A stretch of DNA of 59,580 bases from Corallochytrium limacisporum Hawaii (Eukaryota > Protista > Pluriformea), in the NCBI GenBank assembly GCA_002811645.1, contig PDIP01000030.1, positions 437,310 through 496,889 of the forward strand, in the 5' to 3' direction. This document shows positions 53,710-59,580 of the stretch, in pieces. The position numbers and the translations under genes were made by a program. Numbering within the stretch: the first letter of the stretch is position 1; each line of letters starts with the position of its first letter. The notes under the pieces were generated by a model. The model saw only the letters and a program-made list of their open reading frames with translations. It was not told where the DNA came from and searched no databases.

Positions 53710-53907
53710 TCGTAATCCGCTGCCAGCAAGAAGTCTTTCAAGAGGGTCTCCAGGGTCTGTCTGAAGCCAGAGGTTGAGGTTGTTGAGATCCCAAAGCCTG
53801 AACTGTGGCGCGGTTGAGTATAAAATTCATGCAGCAGACTTCATTTAACAAACCAAAGTAAAACCAAAGCTCTCCAAACATGATACACACTTAGGAACTA
53901 GTGCCAT

Positions 53908-54591
53908 CTAATCAAAGTTTTCATCATCGTCTTCACCTTCAACCGGGGGCCGGGTCAGCATCGCCTGCCCCTCTTCACCTAGCTTGGCTTTCTTTGCTGG
54001 CGGCTGGTCAGTTAACTCAAGGGCTTTCGTTCCGTCTGTGTCCTGGTTAGTTGATGATCCGGCCTCTTCTGGCTTCGGTTTCGGTCGGTGCCGCACATCC
54101 AGCACATAGTTCGGCTGCAGCAGCGTATTCAATTCCGCGGGTAACCGAACCCCGGGTTTATGGTCCTTGTAAAGCGGCAGAGGTTCCCGGTTCCGTTTCC
54201 GAGCCAATTCCATCAAAAACTGCCGTGGTGGTACTCCTTGAAAATGAAAATTGACGTACTGCTGCACTGCCAGCCGTACATCTGCGGCGGTGATCCCAGT
54301 GCCTCCGTTCTCGGCTACGTCTTCGCCGCGGTGGTATGCTAGAGTAACCGCTTCTTCAAGGACGTCGGCAATGTAGCGGTATGCAAATTCCATGAGCATA
54401 GAAACAACCTTGGGTTCGTACGTCTCTACACCTAAATTGTCCAAGATCCTCTCTATGGCAGTCGCCAAAGCCGGAATGCGCGTCGCATCGCCCGCGGTCT
54501 GTGCTCCAGGTGGTCCTCCGGCCTGGGTGTTTGTGCTGTTTTGTGTTACATTTGCTGTCGGATCCATGCTGATTTTATTTGTAGCCGCCAT
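53908..54591 (-). CDS. TAF9: TFIID/SAGA subunit TAF9 (histone fold)
   Basis: IL..LGV..YEPKVV..LMEFAYRY..DVL.EA, ITAADVRLA, PPRQFLMELA.KRN.EPLP, GVRLP....LLQPNY. First ATG at 54591 (track start 54606 is TTG). Confidence 0.93.
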   Translation of the reverse strand: MAATNKISMDPTANVTQNSTNTQAGGPPGAQTAGDATRIPALATAIERILDNLGVETYEPKVVSMLMEFAYRYIADVLEEAVTLAYHRGEDVAENGGTGITAADVRLAVQQYVNFHFQGVPPRQFLMELARKRNREPLPLYKDHKPGVRLPAELNTLLQPNYVLDVRHRPKPKPEEAGSSTNQDTDGTKALELTDQPPAKKAKLGEEGQAMLTRPPVEGEDDDENFD

Positions 54592-57500
54592 TTCATGCGT
54601 ACTCAAATGCTATGTTTAATTCGTATCTGCACGTGCATACATGATATCGTCCGCCCAGTCCGGAATCATTGCTTTGTCGGTGGTTGGTACTTTAATTCAC
54701 TTGCTAGGGAAGATCGAGCTGGCATCTCTTAAATATTAAAGCATACTTAAATATGAATTCCGTTGGTGCTTTCGCTCCGAAGAAGACCGCCAAAGGCACC
54801 CATGCCCCCCAAAAACTTAAAAATACAAAAAACTGTTGCCGCACGAAATCGTGGACAAAACTGGCTCCACCCTCAACACAACGGACATCCTCACGGCCAC
54901 CCAAATCCCCCCTCGCCCGGGCCCTTGTTGCCGGCAGTTGCGACGGCGAGGACTAGGGGCCTATTTATCACATTAGGAGGCCTAAAAATTAGACTCCCGT
55001 TCAAGTGTCCACCGGCCTGCTTCCACCCTCCAATCCCACCAAAAGGGCTCCCGCCCACTGGGGGAGAGGTGGCACTCCACACAGGACCATGTTCTTTCGA
55101 CGGTATTTATTGCGTGTGGATTCCTGGTAAGATGAACTATGGTTGCTCGCTTTGTGTAGTAGTCAAGAGCAATTCACGTTGAGTCGAGATGCACAGGTTT
55201 GTGTTGGTGTACGCGTGTCAACCGGGCACAGAGCGTGTGCCTAGATCTCGGGTAGTTCACTTCTGACATCAAACGACACAAGTCTGCAGCGGGCGTTCTC
55301 GGTCTTTGCGAACTCCACTAGCATGTCGGAGCATTAAGCCTCACCGACGATTCTTAACCATCAGGGGAACAAGGAAATGAATCCATGTACGCCTACTGTC
55401 CGTACATGTCCGCAATTCTGGTTGCGTCGGCCGTCGGTCTCCCTATCATCCGACCTCCCCAGTGCTTCCTAACGCGTTCCTCCCTCCTTAGCGGAGAATG
55501 GTGCCATAGCCTGGAAGCATACTGTTCATCTGCATTCGGTAGTGAATGAACTGCAAGCCCCCGTTAATTTAGTGCACGGTACAAAGAAAACAGAAAGGGA
55601 ATGGCCCCCAAGCCGCAGAACAGCGGGATTATCCGGGTCTTCCGTAACGCGTTCGTAGGGGTCTTCCTATCACAACAAACTACTCATCCTCTTAGAGCAG
55701 CGTACCGATGTTAATGGTGAATCTCTCGTGAGCACCAATCGTTCGTCCCTGTGTTGCCTGCGAATCAATGGCCGTCCGAGACATGAACATGCTCAAGGGA
55801 AACCACAGATCCACGAAGCGAGAGAGAGAGAGAGAGAGTACATTTGCGGACAAGACAGACATGGCAGTTGATGGCTCCGATCCGTGGTTTGTGCGCTCTT
55901 GCGGTTGAACCGTGAGCATTGGCAGCTGCCTCCTCCTTCCCATCCCATCGTGCCCCGTAAAGGCCCCCCCCTCCAATTCTTAAAACCCCCCGCCGGGAGC
56001 GGGGAAAGTACCTCACGTGTGTGCCAGTCAATGTTTACTCCTAGGTCTTTGGAAAGCGACAACGATGGATGGGCTGTGTGTTGCGTCCGTGTGTTGATGC
56101 GAAACAAGGTGTGAGCGATAGGGCCCCAAAGTAGAAAGCAAGACCGAGATCAACATTGCCGATATCCTATATACCACCTGCGTACAAGGAAGAGCGACAG
56201 ACGGATTCCTTGGAGTTTTGTTGCGACCCAAAAGTACCTGGGTGTCGGGGTTGGCTCCAAGGTTGCGTCTTCCTCTTCGGCCTCCTCTTTCTGTGTATTT
56301 TTCCCCAGTCTTTGGTACTTACCCACCCATTGTTTCTCAAGTTTTCTTCGTACTTCTTTTTCTGTGTTTGGGTTCTATTCCTTCCTTCTTTTGGGATCAC
56401 TTCGACGTTTCACCCATACCGTTAAATGTGACCGGCCGCCTCCCGTTGGGTCTTTGGGCAAGAGGTGGATTGTTCTGTGTCAAGACGGGAACGGATTCAA
56501 CGTCTATTATGAACTTGAAGTGGAGAACCAAGAAGATAGAGAATGTGCATGGTAGGGGCCGCAGCTACGTATGGTCCGGCTGGCACGGCAGGGGCACAAG
56601 ATGGTGAAACATGCTCCGCTTCGCTTCTGTGTCCGCCGTGGCCATCTTGCGGACGGTTTCTCCAGACCACGGCCAACCATGCTTCTGGGATAATCCTGAG
56701 TAGCTCGATGCATTCACTATGGCTACTGGATGATCCTGACCCACTGTACCGCTCTGTCACTCGGATCAGCTGCTGGCTGGGTCGGCGTCCCGTGTCGATA
56801 CCTCACCAATCTCCGGTGATCACATGGACCAATGTGGCAGCCATTTACCAACCTATAGGGAAGGACAAGCCGGAATAGTAGAAAACAGCTAAAACAGATC
56901 TCTCCGTTTCAAACTGATACATTTCGCATCGGACAGGGGGGAATTAGGGGATCCGACCACTTTTTTTGAAACCTCATCGATTGGTTACTTGATCCACTAT
57001 CGAGATTACACTCCTATTTTTCCATTTCGCTCTCGCTAGCTACGTCGATCATTCTTTACCGTGTTGCCTTTTGATTCATTCTTGGGGGTGATTCCTCCGC
57101 CCCGGCACTGTTGGCAGACTGGGGTTTGCGCCTCGATCTGAAATTCCAAAATCCTTGAGATCGTCGACTGGCTTTTGTGAGCGCGATCCCCTAGATAGGG
57201 AACGGAGGAGAACCGGATGAAGAGACCAGGGGGCCAGCCAGCGAAGGAAAAAAAAATAAGGGACACGCACATGATGGTTAAAAAAAGATACGGCCCAGTT
57301 TGTAAGCAAAAGGAAACGAAACTGAAACAATAAAAGAAAAACAACAAAAACAAAAAAATAAGCCGGTGGGAATCCCCATAAGGAGAAACAAATCAGGAAA
57401 AGTTGCGCACGGTTATTATTGCGCGAACGATTGATTGTGCACCGCTCCGTGTCCGTTGGCTTCGACCATTTCCATGGGGAAGGGATCAAATCCCAACCAT

Positions 57501-58302
57501 ACCTGCCAATTTTGAATTCGTAGTACGTGCGATAAGGCCACGTCTTAAGTTGTGAATTTGTACCAACGTTGATCGATGGGAAGATGTGACAGAGGGGCAA
57601 GAGTAAAGGGAGGGCGGGGGAAATTGTATGTAAGGCAAGGGCAGGTCTGTCTGTCTGTGTGGGGGTGTGCAAGGAAAAGGGGGAGAATTTATCGTTGGAA
57701 ACGTGAGCGGGCACCGGGCGCGGGGGGTTTTGATCCCGAGTATGTATATTCTGTGACTCCGGAAGCCGTCCGTACTCACAAAGTGCAAAGTCGCGTTTCC
57801 TTTGCTCTGTGCGGTGGATCAGACACCAGGCAGAAGGTCAGCTGCCACCTGGCGCTTGCCGGTGTACAAGCCTGATCCTACTCAATCAAACAGCAAACAA
57901 AGTCAACTCGTACTTAGGTGTGGAGTTGGTGCCATGCTATAAGCCATGATACCGCTGATGTGGCAGAGCGGTCTTCCGGATGATGCTGATGGGCGGTGAC
58001 GACCCATGGACATTTCACTTCACCAGTACATGTCCTATCAATGTCCCTTCTATTTTGTCCTGCGTGACCCCTTTCACACATACCAGTGATTTGGTAGCAC
58101 TGTGGTATTGCAGGCGCACCATACGAACTGAGAAGGAGCGGGGGTGGGTGGCGGGCAGGAGAGTGTGTGTCAACAGGCGAGTGGAAGCGGGGGAACCCCA
58201 GTGAGATACTTCACACAGTGAGAGCGCTGGACAAAGAACAAGAAAAGCAAAGGGGAGAAGAGGAAGGGAGGGGAGGGGGAAGGAACAAGGCAATGTGGGT
58301 GC

Positions 58303-58336
58303 GTGTGTGTGTTGTGTGTGTGTGTGTGTGTGTGTG
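58303..58336. repeat. Interrupted (GT)n microsatellite
   Basis: Read directly from the sequence. Confidence 0.9.
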
Positions 58337-58738
58337 GTAACAGTTCACTCGCAGTGTGTGGCCTTTTTTGGTCCTTGGTGGTGCGGGTTGCAACGCTGAC
58401 GAGATCCCTGTGCAGTATTGAGCTATATTTCGAGAGAAATGAAAGGAGAGCCACCGGCAGACAATAAGCCCGAGCTGAGAGCCACAGAGCGAGACACTGC
58501 GAGCGAGAGGGGAGCGACCCCACGAAAAAAAAACTAGCTGAAGCAAAGAAAAAACGAAACGAAGGCGGCTCCAGTGTTGGCAGAACAGATAGAGCGCGCT
58601 GCAGTATCTTTTCGCACCCCGAACGACAGGGTTTCCGGATACTTTCCTTTGCGTACCTTAACTTTGGCTGTGTGTAAAGATCAGCTGTGCTGCCGTGAGC
58701 GTGGTGCAATAGCCTTCCTTCTTGTGGCTTTTTCATTA

Positions 58739-58779
58739 CACGCGCACACACGCGCACACACGCACACACGCACACACAC
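58739..58779. repeat. Mixed (CA)/(CG) alternating purine-pyrimidine tract
   Basis: cacgcgcacacacgcgcacacacgcacacacgcacacacac, read directly. Confidence 0.9.
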
Positions 58780-59580
58780 GTACACAGACGCCATACATTT
58801 GGAAGACTAAGGAGGATGAGAAAGTTTCCAGCATTAAAAAGGGGGGGGGTTCATTCAATTAACATTACCCTCCCCTCCCTTGCCCCCCTTTCCCTGGGCG
58901 GAGAGAAACGGAGCCCAATACTTTATAACTCCCCCGTTCCCTCCAACCCGTCCCCCGAGACAGCCGTACATCCCCACGCGTCCCTATCTTAGCTGCTGCC
59001 ACCACGACACACTCAGTAACCGTTCATTTATTATAAAAATGTAATGTTGACATCTCGTAAGAGATCATTATCTCCCATGATCTATGTTCCGGCAACCACC
59101 GCTGTGTTGTATGTGCCCCTCCCACAGTACCACTACCACGTACGAAACCTACAGCAAAACTAAACTACACACCAGGAGGCCTCTTAATAATATTCTTCCG
59201 AAGAAGGGGCCAGTAGGGTGGCGAGCCAGAGGAGAGAGGGAGGATTTGGAAAAGAAAGTCGCTCTCCGTCCCAAACCTTCCCTGCCTCTTCTCCGCTCTT
59301 TTTAAAAAAGATATTACAGATTTTTGTATGCAAGAAGGAAGAGAAAAAAGAGGGTCCAATCTTTCCTTTGTTAAGTGGTTCTTGAGGAGAGGTACCAAAG
59401 ACATGGAAAATTAGTAGAGACAGTCAATCTGCTTTTGTTCCATTGTGCGGTTAAACCCGATACTGGTAATATTTCTCCGCTCAAATTCCCGGTTGGCAAG
59501 GGCCCCCATTGCGCACCGACCCCCGCCGTGGTCTCCCATTTTGCTGTCATTCCTTCCCTCTCCCCTCCTCTCCCCCCCCC

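Noticed and set aside
56497-56844. Minus-strand ORF MAATLVHVITGDW-TGA-GID... as a SelW-like selenoprotein
   Set aside because: No CxxU motif, no downstream Rdx-family similarity and no SECIS that I can recognise.
1-59580. CRISPR arrays, rRNA, snRNA, telomeric arrays, transposase or reverse transcriptase ORFs, variant genetic code
   Set aside because: None seen by eye; intact genes end in TAA, TAG and TGA with no internal stops.

Overview
Eukaryotic genomic DNA (standard genetic code) from a compact unicellular opisthokont. It holds 18 apparently complete protein-coding genes, all of which read as single exons (including a 4.7 kb GBF1 and a 3.5 kb SEC24), plus one clearly broken gene. In order: Rim15/Greatwall-type kinase with a receiver domain; Pho81/NUC-2-type SPX-ankyrin protein; DEK_C-SWIB protein; TPC1-type mitochondrial carrier; GBF1; SF3A1; Rieske-DUF455 fusion; SEC24C/D; very long CDP-alcohol phosphotransferase; sterol-desaturase-family enzyme; 179-aa orphan; SET-domain protein with degenerate active-site motifs; helical-SH3 protein; MYCBP; AT-hook-PAQR fusion; MET2; SLC25A44-like carrier; decayed thioredoxin-NDK (NME8/9-like, axonemal) pseudogene; TAF9. 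The mix of fungal-type genes (Rim15, Pho81, MET2), cilium-linked genes (MYCBP, NME8/9 remnant) and absent introns would fit a Corallochytrium-like holozoan or an early-diverging fungus; this is inference only. Intergenic DNA is rich in G/C homopolymers, Cn-Gn palindromes and microsatellites, with two assembly gaps and a near-identical 107-bp dispersed repeat. I could not support any tRNA, rRNA, CRISPR array or transposase. Best leads: (1) a PAQR membrane protein carrying three AT-hook-like motifs, (2) adjacent Rim15 (intact phosphoacceptor Asp) and Pho81, (3) a flagellar gene in mid-decay, (4) a self-contained Rieske/di-iron enzyme of unknown function, (5) a strand-polarised G-tract promoter architecture. 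All family assignments come from motif recognition by eye, not from database searches.
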